Shown: piece by piece, positions 45,420 to 55,066 of the stretch
Layout: every line of letters begins with the position of its first letter
Position numbering within the stretch: the first letter of the stretch is position 1
From: a bacterium
Lineage (GTDB): Bacteria > Patescibacteriota > Minisyncoccia > Phycocordibacterales > UBA9973
Reading direction: 5' to 3'
Assembly: GCA_021831595.1 (NCBI GenBank)
Contig: JAKBMK010000020.1
Coordinates: 2,801-66,800, forward strand
Length of the DNA: 64,000 nucleotides
The notes under the pieces: generated by a model
Told to the model about the DNA's origin: nothing
Databases searched by the model: none
Seen by the model: the letters and a program-made list of their open reading frames with translations, nothing else
Position numbers and translations under genes: made by a program

Positions 45420-45440
45420 CCCACATTTGTGGGCTTTTTT
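45420..45440 (+). terminator. attenuator terminator hairpin upstream of trpB
   Basis: cccac-attt-gtggg followed by cttttttatt; the 12-mer cacatttgtggg also occurs at 45363-45374 inside the leader ORF. Confidence 0.5.
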
Positions 45441-45554
45441 ATTGTCAAATTTAAAATCATATGGATAAATTTATTTTTAAACAACATTGTACTGAGTTCT
45501 GGCGCTAGTAAAAACGCTTAGTTTTTACATTACTATTTTAAAAATAAAAATTAT

Positions 45555-46760
45555 ATGAAAACAAAAATTAAATCATTAAAAAATTTACCAGACAAAGATG
45601 GGTATTATGGAAAATTTGGAGGGAGTTTTGTCCCTGATCAACTAATAAAACCATTAAAAGAAATTGAACAAGAATATTTAAAAGCGAAAGATAATGTAGA
45701 ATTCCAGAAAGAATACTTAAATCTCTTGAAAGACTATGTCGGGCGTCCATCTCCACTTTATTTTGCTAAAAATTTAACAGAAAAATTAGGAGGAGCAAAG
45801 ATTTATCTTAAACGAGAAGACTTGAATCATACAGGGGCTCATAAGATAAATCATTGCATTGGTGAAGCTTTACTTGCAAAAAGAATGGGTAAGAAGAAAG
45901 TCTTAGCCGAGACTGGTGCAGGCCAGCATGGTGTTGCACTGGCTACAGCCGCTGCTCTCCTTGGTCTTGAGTGCGAAATACATATGGGTTCAATAGATAT
46001 TGAAAAAGAACGTCCAAATGTAATACGCATGAAATTATTAGGAGCCAAAGTGGTAGAAGTTAATACGGGAGGTAAATGTTTAAAAGACGCTGTTGATAGT
46101 GCCTTTGGAGTATTTATGAAAGAATACAAGACTACTTTCTTTGCAATAGGTTCTGTTGTAGGCCCTCATCCTTATCCAATGATAGTAAGAGATTTTCAAT
46201 CTATCGTTGGTCGAGAAGCAAAAGAACAGATATTAAAAAAAGAAAGAAAACTTCCTGATTATGTAATTGGCTGTGTTGGAGGAGGTTCAAATGCTATGGG
46301 ATTATTCCATGAATTTTTAGATGACAAAGTAAAACTCATTGGAGTTGAACCATCTGGTATAGGATCTAAGATTGGCGAACATGCTGCAACTATTAGTTAT
46401 GGAACAAATGGGGTGATACATGGGATGAAAACTCTAGTATTGCAGAACAATAAGGGCGAACCAAATAGTGTTCACTCTGTTGCCTCTGGGTTAGATTATC
46501 CTGGGGTTGGGCCTATCCATGCCTATGTGAAAGATATTGGCAGAGCAGAATACGTAACTGCTTCTGATGATGAAGCGATAAAAGCTTTCTTGGAATTATC
46601 TAGAGTTGAAGGTATAATTCCAGCACTTGAGAGTGCTCATGCTATGGCTTATGTCATGAAGCTAGCCACGACATTAGATAAAAATAAAATCATAATTGTG
46701 AATCTCTCAGGAAGAGGAGACAAAGATATAGAATATGTATCTAAATTATTAAAAATATAA
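45555..46760 (+). CDS. trpB: tryptophan synthase beta chain (stand-alone)
   Basis: [37 protein letters not shown] (PLP-lysine), [10 protein letters not shown]; no trpA or other trp genes nearby. Confidence 0.88.
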   Translation: MKTKIKSLKNLPDKDGYYGKFGGSFVPDQLIKPLKEIEQEYLKAKDNVEFQKEYLNLLKDYVGRPSPLYFAKNLTEKLGGAKIYLKREDLNHTGAHKINHCIGEALLAKRMGKKKVLAETGAGQHGVALATAAALLGLECEIHMGSIDIEKERPNVIRMKLLGAKVVEVNTGGKCLKDAVDSAFGVFMKEYKTTFFAIGSVVGPHPYPMIVRDFQSIVGREAKEQILKKERKLPDYVIGCVGGGSNAMGLFHEFLDDKVKLIGVEPSGIGSKIGEHAATISYGTNGVIHGMKTLVLQNNKGEPNSVHSVASGLDYPGVGPIHAYVKDIGRAEYVTASDDEAIKAFLELSRVEGIIPALESAHAMAYVMKLATTLDKNKIIIVNLSGRGDKDIEYVSKLLKI

Positions 46761-46765
46761 ATATA

Positions 46766-46796
46766 AAATGCACTAGGTAAGGCCTAGTGCATTTTA
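46766..46796. terminator. bidirectional terminator between convergent trpB and asd
   Basis: aaatgcactagg-taagg-cctagtgcattt followed by a T-run. Confidence 0.8.
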
Positions 46797-46808
46797 TATA
46801 GTGATTAT

Positions 46809-47897
46809 CTATTTAATGAACCCTTTTTTTACTAGAAGTTCAGCGTTGAGTATTCCTCCACCGGCTGCTCCACGAACTGTGTTATGTGAGAGAGCAACAA
46901 ATTTATAATCAAAAATCTTACAATCACGTAGGCGTCCGATAGTGACGGCCATACCTTTGTCGTTATCACGATCTTTTCTTGGCTGAGGACGATTTTCTTC
47001 TTCTTTGTAGATTATTGGATTAATGGGTGCAAAAGGAAGCTTCAAATCTTGAGGAATAGATTTGAATTCATTCCAAATTTTAATTATTTGTTCTTTAGTA
47101 GGCTTTTTATCTTTGAACAAAATATTTACAGTTGCAAGATGTCCATCGATGACTGGTACTCTAGTACAAGTAGCAGATATACTTATATCTTTACTCTTTA
47201 CAAATTTACCATTCTTTATTTCCCCAAGAATTTTGAGTGGTTCTTCTTCTGTTTTCTCTTCTTCACCACCGATAAATGGTACGACATTGTCTATCATGTC
47301 GAGACTTGGTACTCCTGGATATCCAGCACCTGAAACAGCCTGTAGGGTAGTAATCATTACCTTTTTTACAGGAAAACCCGCCTTATTTAGGGCATATATA
47401 GGGGTTAGATAGCTCTGTAGAGAGCAGTTTGGCTTCACAGCGATAAATCCTTTATTCCATCCATGATTTTTCTTTTGAGAAGCAATAATATCTAAATGGT
47501 TAGCATTTATTTCAGGTATAAGCATTGGAACGTCTTCACTCCATCTATTAGCAGAAGCGTTTGAAACTACAGGAATTCCCATTGCCGCATATTTTTCCTC
47601 AATTTCTCTTACAAGATTTTTATCACCTATTTCGAATGCAGAAAAAACAAAGTCACATTTTTTTGATGCTTTTTCTATATCATCAACATTTTCTACTTTT
47701 ATATTACTTACCTTAGCTGGTATTGGAGTAGGCATCTGCCATCTTCCTTTTACAGCTTCTCCATAAGACACTCCTGCTGAGTTAGCTGAGGCTGCTAAGT
47801 AAACAACATCAAACCAAGGATGCTTTTCAAGAAGTTTTATATAATTTTGACCTACCATACCTGTCGCTCCCAATATTCCTACTTTTAGTTTTTTCAT
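46809..47897 (-). CDS. asd: aspartate-semialdehyde dehydrogenase
   Basis: GILGATGMVGQ Rossmann fold; catalytic Cys in NCSLQ context; archaeal-type Asd length. Confidence 0.85.
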   Translation of the reverse strand: MKKLKVGILGATGMVGQNYIKLLEKHPWFDVVYLAASANSAGVSYGEAVKGRWQMPTPIPAKVSNIKVENVDDIEKASKKCDFVFSAFEIGDKNLVREIEEKYAAMGIPVVSNASANRWSEDVPMLIPEINANHLDIIASQKKNHGWNKGFIAVKPNCSLQSYLTPIYALNKAGFPVKKVMITTLQAVSGAGYPGVPSLDMIDNVVPFIGGEEEKTEEEPLKILGEIKNGKFVKSKDISISATCTRVPVIDGHLATVNILFKDKKPTKEQIIKIWNEFKSIPQDLKLPFAPINPIIYKEEENRPQPRKDRDNDKGMAVTIGRLRDCKIFDYKFVALSHNTVRGAAGGGILNAELLVKKGFIK

Positions 47898-47898
47898 A

Positions 47899-49293
47899 TT
47901 ATTTTTTAATAAATTTTTTATATAAATTGTTTACGACTTTTTCAATATTATCTGTTCTTATGACCGCCTCTATTCTTTTACAGTTTTCAAAATAGAAAGC
48001 ACTTATTTGTAAATCTGTACCAAGTTTTACAAGCAAGCTGTTGAAATCATTTACATCCTTGGCCTCAAAGTTTCCGACAAGGAAAACCATACTAGCTTTT
48101 ATTAATTCAATTTTTTCTACTTTACTTTTTATCTCGTTATAGACTTTTTCTATTTCATCATTTTTTTCTGCAACTATTTGCAGACTGTATCTTGTATTGC
48201 TTACAAGAATCATTTCCACTTTATGTTTTTTGAATATATCGCAAACCAAGAGTAGTAAGTCATTAACTTTTATAACCTCATCTGTGATTAATAATAAGTT
48301 CAAATCTTTCTTTATGCTAACTATTTTTGCACCCTTCTCTTTCTTTTTAATTTCTCCGATTTTTGTAGTGAGCTTAGGATTAGCGATGGAAGCAATCTCT
48401 ATTTCTGTTTTGTGCATTTTCACATACTGTATTGCCTTGTCATGGATAATTTTTCCTGCTTCTTCAGCTTCCAAATATGAGATGAAGGGGATAGTCTTGG
48501 CTGTTTTTACTATCTTAGGATCAGCAGAGAGAACCCCTCCGACATCTTTCCATAAAATAACTCTTTTAGCTTCTAGCGCTGCTCCTACAAAGCAGGCTGT
48601 TGTATCAGTTCCTCCTCGTCCGAGAGTTGTTACTTCACCATCGTTAGTTATTCCTGTGAATCCAGGGATAACAACAACTTCTTCTTTTTCTTTTATTTTG
48701 TTTTTTACATTTCTTGAAGAAACCAAGTAATCGATATTTGCATTTTTGAAATGATCATCGGTTATTATTGGTATTTCTTCGGCAATAAACTCTTTAGCGT
48801 TAAGGTTGTTGGATTTAAAATAATAGGTCATTATTATGGCTGAAAGTTTTTCTCCACAAGAAACAACCTTATCTTCTAGGGCGTTAGTTACAGCACCAAC
48901 CTTTCCTTCTGTCTTTTTATGGTCTATTTTGAGATCATCCTCTAGTTTAGTCATGACATTCTCTAATTGTGTAAAGACTTCATCTTCATACTCTTTAGAA
49001 ATTTGTATATCTTTCACTATTTGTTTGTGTCGATTGAGTAAATTTTGAGCAAATGACTCAATTAATTTTCTATCATAATTCTCCTTAAGACTACTTAAGA
49101 AATTAAGTATCTCATCTGTGACCTTTGGCATAGCAGAAACGACAGCAATACTTTGATTGCCTTTTTTTACCTGTTCCTCGATTCTTTTCTTCATCAATGG
49201 GATAAATTCCTTTGTCAGAATTCCGCCCCCAAACTTGTTCACAATGATTGGTTTAGACATTTCTTTTGGTAAATATAATTTATTAATAAACAA
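47899..49293 (-). CDS. aspartate kinase
   Basis: IVNKFGGGIL amino-acid-kinase N-terminus, GRGGTDTTA, C-terminal ACT-like region. Confidence 0.8.
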   Translation of the reverse strand: MFINKLYLPKEMSKPIIVNKFGGGILTKEFIPLMKKRIEEQVKKGNQSIAVVSAMPKVTDEILNFLSSLKENYDRKLIESFAQNLLNRHKQIVKDIQISKEYEDEVFTQLENVMTKLEDDLKIDHKKTEGKVGAVTNALEDKVVSCGEKLSAIIMTYYFKSNNLNAKEFIAEEIPIITDDHFKNANIDYLVSSRNVKNKIKEKEEVVVIPGFTGITNDGEVTTLGRGGTDTTACFVGAALEAKRVILWKDVGGVLSADPKIVKTAKTIPFISYLEAEEAGKIIHDKAIQYVKMHKTEIEIASIANPKLTTKIGEIKKKEKGAKIVSIKKDLNLLLITDEVIKVNDLLLLVCDIFKKHKVEMILVSNTRYSLQIVAEKNDEIEKVYNEIKSKVEKIELIKASMVFLVGNFEAKDVNDFNSLLVKLGTDLQISAFYFENCKRIEAVIRTDNIEKVVNNLYKKFIKK

Positions 49294-49520
49294 GTTGATT
49301 ATAGTATATATAGTAGATAAATCAAGGACATTTTCATTGACTTATGGGGGTAGCAATAGTAAACTAATATTGTTATTAAAATTGTAATTGCGCTTCGTCA
49401 AAATAGCTTTCTTCAAAATGCACACAATAATTTTCTGCTGAAAATTTTGCTCGTACTCGGGCCGTCGCCCTCCGTAAGTCATTTTTCAGAAACTATTTTA
49501 ACTACGCTATAAATCATATT

Positions 49521-50771
49521 ATGAACAAAATTTTAGTTATTGGTTGCGGAAATGTAGGAAGTGTCGGTTTGCATAAAATGGCACAATTTAAAGATACTTT
49601 TTCAGAGATACACGTAGTAGGTAGAACTCTTTCTAAGTGCGAAGCTGTCCGTCAGTCTGTTTTAAAAAAGACGAAAGGGAAAGTTGATTTAAATATTCAC
49701 ATAGCTGACGTTGGTAATGGAGATACATTCTTAAGACTCCTCAAAGAAATTAAACCTACTTTAGTTGTAAACTGGGGAAGTCCTTACGATAATTTGGTTG
49801 TAATGGATGCATGTCTCGAATATGGAGTCAACTACATTGATACTGCTTGTTATGAGAATCCAGAGAAGTATGGCTTCTCTTATAAACTTCAGCTTGCTAA
49901 AAATGAAGCTTTCAAGAAGAAAGGGTTACTTGCTATTCTTGGTTCAGGCTTTGATCCAGGAGTTTCAAACATTTATTCAGCTTACGCTCGCGATTATATG
50001 TTCGACAAGATAGATACTATCGATATCTTGGATTGTAATGGAGGTTCAAAAGATGCCAAGATTAAATTTGCCCCAAACTTTGACCCAGAGATAAATCTCC
50101 GTGAACTTATACTTCCTATTAAATTCTGGGAGAAGGGTAAATGGCAAGAGAGAATGAAACTCATCGATGAAGATGCACCATTCTTTGAATTTAATTTCCC
50201 TGAGGCTGGTAAATTCACTCCTTATCTTATGTACCACGAAGAACTAGAAACTATCCCTACACACATACCAGGACTCAAGCGTATTCGTTTCTGGATGACA
50301 TTCTCAACTACATACCTCACATACCTCCGCGTACTTTACAATGTCGGACTTACACGTATCGATACGGTGGATTATGATGGCAAGAAGGTTGTACCAGTCA
50401 AATTCTTGAAGGCAATTCTTCCTAAGGGTGAGGACTTCAATAGTGGATACGTTGGCAAGACGAATATTGGAAACATTATCACAGGAACAAAGAGTGGTAA
50501 GAAGAAAGCTGTATATATCTACAACGTTTGCGACCATAAGGCTGCCTTTAAAGAGACAGGAGGCAATGCTATAGGCTACACGACAGCTATTCCAACCGTT
50601 ACTTGTGCCAAACTCGTCCTAGAGGGCAAATGGGGAGGAGTAGGAACGAAAAATACCGAAGACAAGAGTCTTGATTCAAAGATCTTTATCGACGAAATGG
50701 CAAAAGTAGGTCTTACAACAAACATAAAAACTCTCAAAGACATACCTGCTGCACTTAAAAAAAGCTATTAA
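49521..50771 (+). CDS. carboxynorspermidine/carboxyspermidine dehydrogenase (saccharopine dehydrogenase family)
   Basis: ILVIGCGNVG Rossmann fold; CASDH-like length; followed by the CANSDC gene. Confidence 0.7.
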   Translation: MNKILVIGCGNVGSVGLHKMAQFKDTFSEIHVVGRTLSKCEAVRQSVLKKTKGKVDLNIHIADVGNGDTFLRLLKEIKPTLVVNWGSPYDNLVVMDACLEYGVNYIDTACYENPEKYGFSYKLQLAKNEAFKKKGLLAILGSGFDPGVSNIYSAYARDYMFDKIDTIDILDCNGGSKDAKIKFAPNFDPEINLRELILPIKFWEKGKWQERMKLIDEDAPFFEFNFPEAGKFTPYLMYHEELETIPTHIPGLKRIRFWMTFSTTYLTYLRVLYNVGLTRIDTVDYDGKKVVPVKFLKAILPKGEDFNSGYVGKTNIGNIITGTKSGKKKAVYIYNVCDHKAAFKETGGNAIGYTTAIPTVTCAKLVLEGKWGGVGTKNTEDKSLDSKIFIDEMAKVGLTTNIKTLKDIPAALKKSY

Positions 50772-50784
50772 TTAAACATTTCCA

Positions 50785-50808
50785 AACAGTGGCAAAACCA
50801 CTGTTTGG
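50785..50808 (+). promoter_or_regulatory. strong hairpin immediately upstream of the CANSDC ribosome-binding site
   Basis: ccaaacagtgg-caaaa-ccactgtttgg, then GGAGGA and ATG 50817; no T-tract. Confidence 0.4.
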
Positions 50809-50816
50809 AGGATTAT

Positions 50817-52034
50817 ATGTCAAAAAATAATGAAAACATTTTTATAGAACCTTGGATTGATACGGAAGGATGGGATAAACTGGACTTTTCGAAAGTAGAG
50901 ACTCCATCGTATGTAGTCTCCTTAGAGAAGCTCGAGAATAATCTAAAAATTTTGAAAGAGGTAGAAGACAAGACTGGCGCTCATATACTTATGGCTCTCA
51001 AAGGATTTTCGATGTTTTCGACGTTTTCTTTAATCAAAAAATATCTTTCAGGATCTGAAGCAAGCTCTGTAAATGAAGCTCGTCTTGGATATAAAGAATT
51101 CGGAAAAGAAACTCATGTCTTCTCGCCATCATATACAGAAGAAAATCTTAGGGAATATATAAAGTATGCTGATCATTTAGTTTTTAACTCTTTCTCTCAA
51201 TGGAATAAATTTGCCGCCTTCGTTAAAACTACGGCAGGCCGAAGAAAAATATCGTGTGGAATTAGAGTTAACTTAGAACATAGCGAAGTAGAAACTTCTA
51301 TGTACGATCCCAGTAGTGAGAATTCTCACTTTGGGGTGACAATAAAAAACTTTGAAAGAGAAAATATAAAAGGGTTAGAAGGTTTACATTTTCATAATCT
51401 TTGTGAACTTGATGCTGATGCACTAGAAAGAAGTCTCAAAGTTTTTGAAGAGAAATTTGGTGAATTTTTAGGGGGGATGAAATGGGTAAATTTTGGCGGA
51501 GGACATCATATAACCAGGAAAGATTACAATGTGTCTTTGCTTTGCAAAATATTAAATGATTTTAAATCACGATATCCTCATCTCGAAATTTATTTAGAGC
51601 CAGGAGAAGCGATAGCTCTCAATGCTGGTGTTTTAGTTGCAAGCGTAATAGATATATTCAAGAATAATAAAAATATTGCTGTGCTTGATGTGTCTGCCAC
51701 CACTCACATGCCAGATGTTCTAGAAATGCCTTATTTACCAACGATTTTAGGTGCAGAGCCTTCGCACAAAGCTACAGTCGGCGAAGAAAGCCATATATAT
51801 AGATTAGTGGGGCCAAGTTGTCTTACAGGAGATGTGATAGGAGAGTATTCATTCACCAAACCGCTTGAAATAGATCAAAAACTTGTATTTATGAATATGG
51901 CTATATATACGATGGTGAAGAACAATACTTTCAATGGAGTAAATTTGCCAAATATCACAACAGTAGATAAAACTGGGAAAATAAAAATTATTAAAAAGTT
52001 TGGATATAAAGATTTTAAAAATCGATTATCATAA
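50817..52034 (+). CDS. nspC: carboxynorspermidine/carboxyspermidine decarboxylase
   Basis: alanine-racemase-fold decarboxylase; VNFGGGHH, EPGEAIA, GPSCLTGD; one of the few clear GGAGGA Shine-Dalgarno sites in the window. Confidence 0.7.
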   Translation: MSKNNENIFIEPWIDTEGWDKLDFSKVETPSYVVSLEKLENNLKILKEVEDKTGAHILMALKGFSMFSTFSLIKKYLSGSEASSVNEARLGYKEFGKETHVFSPSYTEENLREYIKYADHLVFNSFSQWNKFAAFVKTTAGRRKISCGIRVNLEHSEVETSMYDPSSENSHFGVTIKNFERENIKGLEGLHFHNLCELDADALERSLKVFEEKFGEFLGGMKWVNFGGGHHITRKDYNVSLLCKILNDFKSRYPHLEIYLEPGEAIALNAGVLVASVIDIFKNNKNIAVLDVSATTHMPDVLEMPYLPTILGAEPSHKATVGEESHIYRLVGPSCLTGDVIGEYSFTKPLEIDQKLVFMNMAIYTMVKNNTFNGVNLPNITTVDKTGKIKIIKKFGYKDFKNRLS

Positions 52035-52038
52035 TATT

Positions 52039-53097
52039 ATGAGTAAAGAAGAAAATTTAAAAAAGAGGGAGGAAGTACTAAAAGATTTTGATTCTAATGA
52101 AAATGGATTAACACACCATGGAATATTTGGTTTGCCGTTCAGCACAGAGGAATCGAGTCTTGTTCTTGTCCCTGTACCATGGGAAGCAACTGTAAGCTAT
52201 AAAGGAGGAACAGCGGAAGGCCCAAAGTCTATACTGGATGCATCACAGCAAATTGATCTCTATAATTTTCTATATCCAAACGGATGGAAAGAGGGTATAG
52301 CTATGCAAGATATACCAACGAGTATTTTGTATAACAATAAATACACTAAAGAGAAAGTCTCAAAATATTTAGATAAATATGTAGAAGGAGAAATTGATAA
52401 AAATTTACAAAACGAAATTAATAATGATTGTTTAGAATTAAATAAATATGTAAGAGAAACAACCAGTGAATTTTTGAAAGAAGGTAAAATTGTTGGTATT
52501 GTAGGGGGTGACCATAGTACACCTCTTGGTTATCTGGAAGCTTTAGCTGAAAAATACGACGATTTTGGGGTTCTACATATAGATGCTCATGCTGACTTGA
52601 GGAATGCATATGAAGGAATGACTTACTCTCATGCTTCTATATTTTATAATGCATTAGGAATAAAAAATATTTCAAAACTTGTCCAAGTTGGTATTAGAGA
52701 TTTCTGCGAGCAGGAATATGAATTAGTAAAAAAGGAGAAAAAGAGAATTTCTTTCTTTACAGACTACGAAATAAAAAAATTTATTTTTGAAGGAGGAACA
52801 TTAAAAAAGAAATTTCATGAGATTATAAAATGCTTGCCTAAGAATGTATATATTTCATTTGATATAGACGGCCTGACGCCATCCCTAAGTCCTAACACAG
52901 GTACACCCGTAGCTGGAGGATTTTCTATGGAAGAAATGGTTTTTCTTTTTGAAGAATTATTAGACTCTGGTAAAAAAATTATAGGATTTGATTTGTGTGA
53001 AGTAGCTCCTGGAAAAGAAGAAGAATGGGATGGGAATGTTGGTTCTCGTATGCTCTATAACCTCTCTCTAACTGCTCTAAAAAGTCAAAAAGAGTAA
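52039..53097 (+). CDS. speB: agmatinase (ureohydrolase family)
   Basis: GGDHS, LHIDAHADL, SFDIDGL manganese-binding motifs. Confidence 0.8.
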   Translation: MSKEENLKKREEVLKDFDSNENGLTHHGIFGLPFSTEESSLVLVPVPWEATVSYKGGTAEGPKSILDASQQIDLYNFLYPNGWKEGIAMQDIPTSILYNNKYTKEKVSKYLDKYVEGEIDKNLQNEINNDCLELNKYVRETTSEFLKEGKIVGIVGGDHSTPLGYLEALAEKYDDFGVLHIDAHADLRNAYEGMTYSHASIFYNALGIKNISKLVQVGIRDFCEQEYELVKKEKKRISFFTDYEIKKFIFEGGTLKKKFHEIIKCLPKNVYISFDIDGLTPSLSPNTGTPVAGGFSMEEMVFLFEELLDSGKKIIGFDLCEVAPGKEEEWDGNVGSRMLYNLSLTALKSQKE

Positions 53098-53150
53098 ATT
53101 GCAATTTATTTATAGTAGGTTGGTAGCATATGGCTTGGATATGAAAATAT

Positions 53151-53678
53151 TCAAGCCTTTTTTGTTTTATAATATTTATATCCTTCTAGAATAATATCTT
53201 TAACTTTTGATTCTAGTACTTCACTATCAGAAGAACCAAAGAATCCTATTTGTGAACAAGACCCGTCTTGACATCCAGTAGGTTTACTTTTTGCAATTAC
53301 AATATAGTGCGGGTTATAAGCATATTTAGGGTATGGTTTTCCGTTTACTTTATTTATCTTTTCTGTATCAGGATTGATAATTTCATTGTAACCGAACATC
53401 TCTAAAGAGATTATATCTTCCAGACCAGCTTCTTCTTGGAGCTCTCTCATCAAAGCTTCTTCGATTGATTCACCTTCTTCAATATGACCTCCTGGTAATT
53501 CCCATCCTCTTTTAATGTTTTCCACCAGAACAATTTTACCATCCCAGATAATTAAACCAGTAGCTGTTGTGGCAATAGCTTGTTCAGGTAAATTCGGCGA
53601 TATGTAAAAATTCCAAAAAGTAGTGTTTTTCCAATTTCCAGATAATACCAGATTTCCTTTTTTGTTATCATTACTCAT
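53151..53678 (-). CDS. NUDIX hydrolase
   Basis: Nudix box GGHIEEGESIEEALMRELQEEAGL. Confidence 0.85.
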   Translation of the reverse strand: MSNDNKKGNLVLSGNWKNTTFWNFYISPNLPEQAIATTATGLIIWDGKIVLVENIKRGWELPGGHIEEGESIEEALMRELQEEAGLEDIISLEMFGYNEIINPDTEKINKVNGKPYPKYAYNPHYIVIAKSKPTGCQDGSCSQIGFFGSSDSEVLESKVKDIILEGYKYYKTKKA

Positions 53679-53720
53679 ATTTATATTATATAAGTTTCCT
53701 TAAAAATAACAAATTGTGGT

Positions 53721-54653
53721 ATGATAAGCAGTATGAATTGGTTTTTAATTGCACTTGGAGCCCCGTTCTTGTGGGCGATAGTAAATATTGCAGACGATTA
53801 TCTTGTCACAAAATTTTCCAATAAAGAAACAGAGAGAGGATCGGGAGGACTTGTATTGTTCTCTAGTCTTATTGGTCTTTTTATTGCCTTTTTTATTTGG
53901 TTTTTTGTCGGAGGAGTTTTAGATGTCTCATCGATGGATAAAATTCTCCTTCTGGTAACTGGCGGTTTAACAATTGTTTGGATTATTTTTTATCTATATG
54001 CTCTTGAAATAGAAGAGATTTCTTCTGTTGTTCCATGGTTCCTTGTTTCTCCAATCTTTGGATATTTTTTTGGCTATATATTTTTAGGAGAAACTCTTAC
54101 AAAATTCCAAATCATAGGCACCCTTATAATATTATTTGGTGCATTTTTGATATCAATAGATTTCAATGAAAAAGTAAAGAAGATAAAGAGAAAGCCTGCC
54201 TTCTATATGATATGTGCTTGTGTCGCTATTGCCATATCTGGTGTAATTTTCAAATCGGTGACAATAGAAGGGAACTTTTGGATTTCATCATTCTGGGAAT
54301 ATTTAGGACTAGGTATGTTTGGAATAATAATTTATATATTTATACCTAAATATCGTCGGGAGTTTCATTTTATGAATAAAACTGGTGGAAGAAAGATATT
54401 TTTGATAAATACAGTTAGTGAACTTATGAGCGTGGCAGGGAACCTACTAACCAACTTTGCCTTATTGTTAGCTCCAGTCACAATGGTCTATCTAGTTAGT
54501 ACATTTCAACCAGCTATAGTTTTAGTTCTCACAATACTAGGAACAAAGTTTATGCCTCATATTATTAAAGAAAATATTTCAAGAAAAGCACTAATTCCAA
54601 AAATGATAGCAATTATAATTATGATTTTAGGCAGTGTATTTCTATTCGTTTAA
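53721..54653 (+). CDS. EamA/DMT family transporter
   Basis: 310 aa, 10 TM helices, duplicated EamA-like halves. Confidence 0.7.
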   Translation: MISSMNWFLIALGAPFLWAIVNIADDYLVTKFSNKETERGSGGLVLFSSLIGLFIAFFIWFFVGGVLDVSSMDKILLLVTGGLTIVWIIFYLYALEIEEISSVVPWFLVSPIFGYFFGYIFLGETLTKFQIIGTLIILFGAFLISIDFNEKVKKIKRKPAFYMICACVAIAISGVIFKSVTIEGNFWISSFWEYLGLGMFGIIIYIFIPKYRREFHFMNKTGGRKIFLINTVSELMSVAGNLLTNFALLLAPVTMVYLVSTFQPAIVLVLTILGTKFMPHIIKENISRKALIPKMIAIIIMILGSVFLFV

Positions 54654-54681
54654 AAATAAGGTATAATATACAAGCTTTAAT

Positions 54682-55065
54682 ATGGAAGACAAACCCAAAA
54701 AATTATTGACCCCGTTTACTATATTAAATATAGTGTTGTTTTTGTCTGTCATGGTTAGCAGTTTTTACTTCTTTTATATCAAAAAGAATTTCAAATTCAT
54801 TGTAGAAACTACTTGTGATCCAAGTATAGAGCAATGTTTTTTAAGAGATTGTACTAATGCAGACGATTGCCCTCCAAATGGTTTTTCTCAATTCAAGCGA
54901 TATGAGTTAAATACTAATGATTTTAAGTATTGCACAAACGAAGACTGCAAAATAGCTTGTGAAAGCAAACAAATAAAATGCGAACCTATTGCATGTTCAG
55001 AAGATGTAGAATCAGGAGAAAGCTGTTCCAGTTTAATACAAGAACAACAAATTCAAACCCAATAA
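54682..55065 (+). CDS. membrane-anchored cysteine-rich small protein
   Basis: 127 aa; one N-terminal TM helix followed by 12 Cys in the C-terminal 85 residues. Confidence 0.5.
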   Translation: MEDKPKKLLTPFTILNIVLFLSVMVSSFYFFYIKKNFKFIVETTCDPSIEQCFLRDCTNADDCPPNGFSQFKRYELNTNDFKYCTNEDCKIACESKQIKCEPIACSEDVESGESCSSLIQEQQIQTQ

Positions 55066-55066
55066 T

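Noticed and set aside
45270-45554. T-box riboswitch upstream of trpB
   Set aside because: No T-box consensus (AATTAGGGTGGNACCGCG-like) was seen; the leader-peptide-plus-terminator layout fits better.
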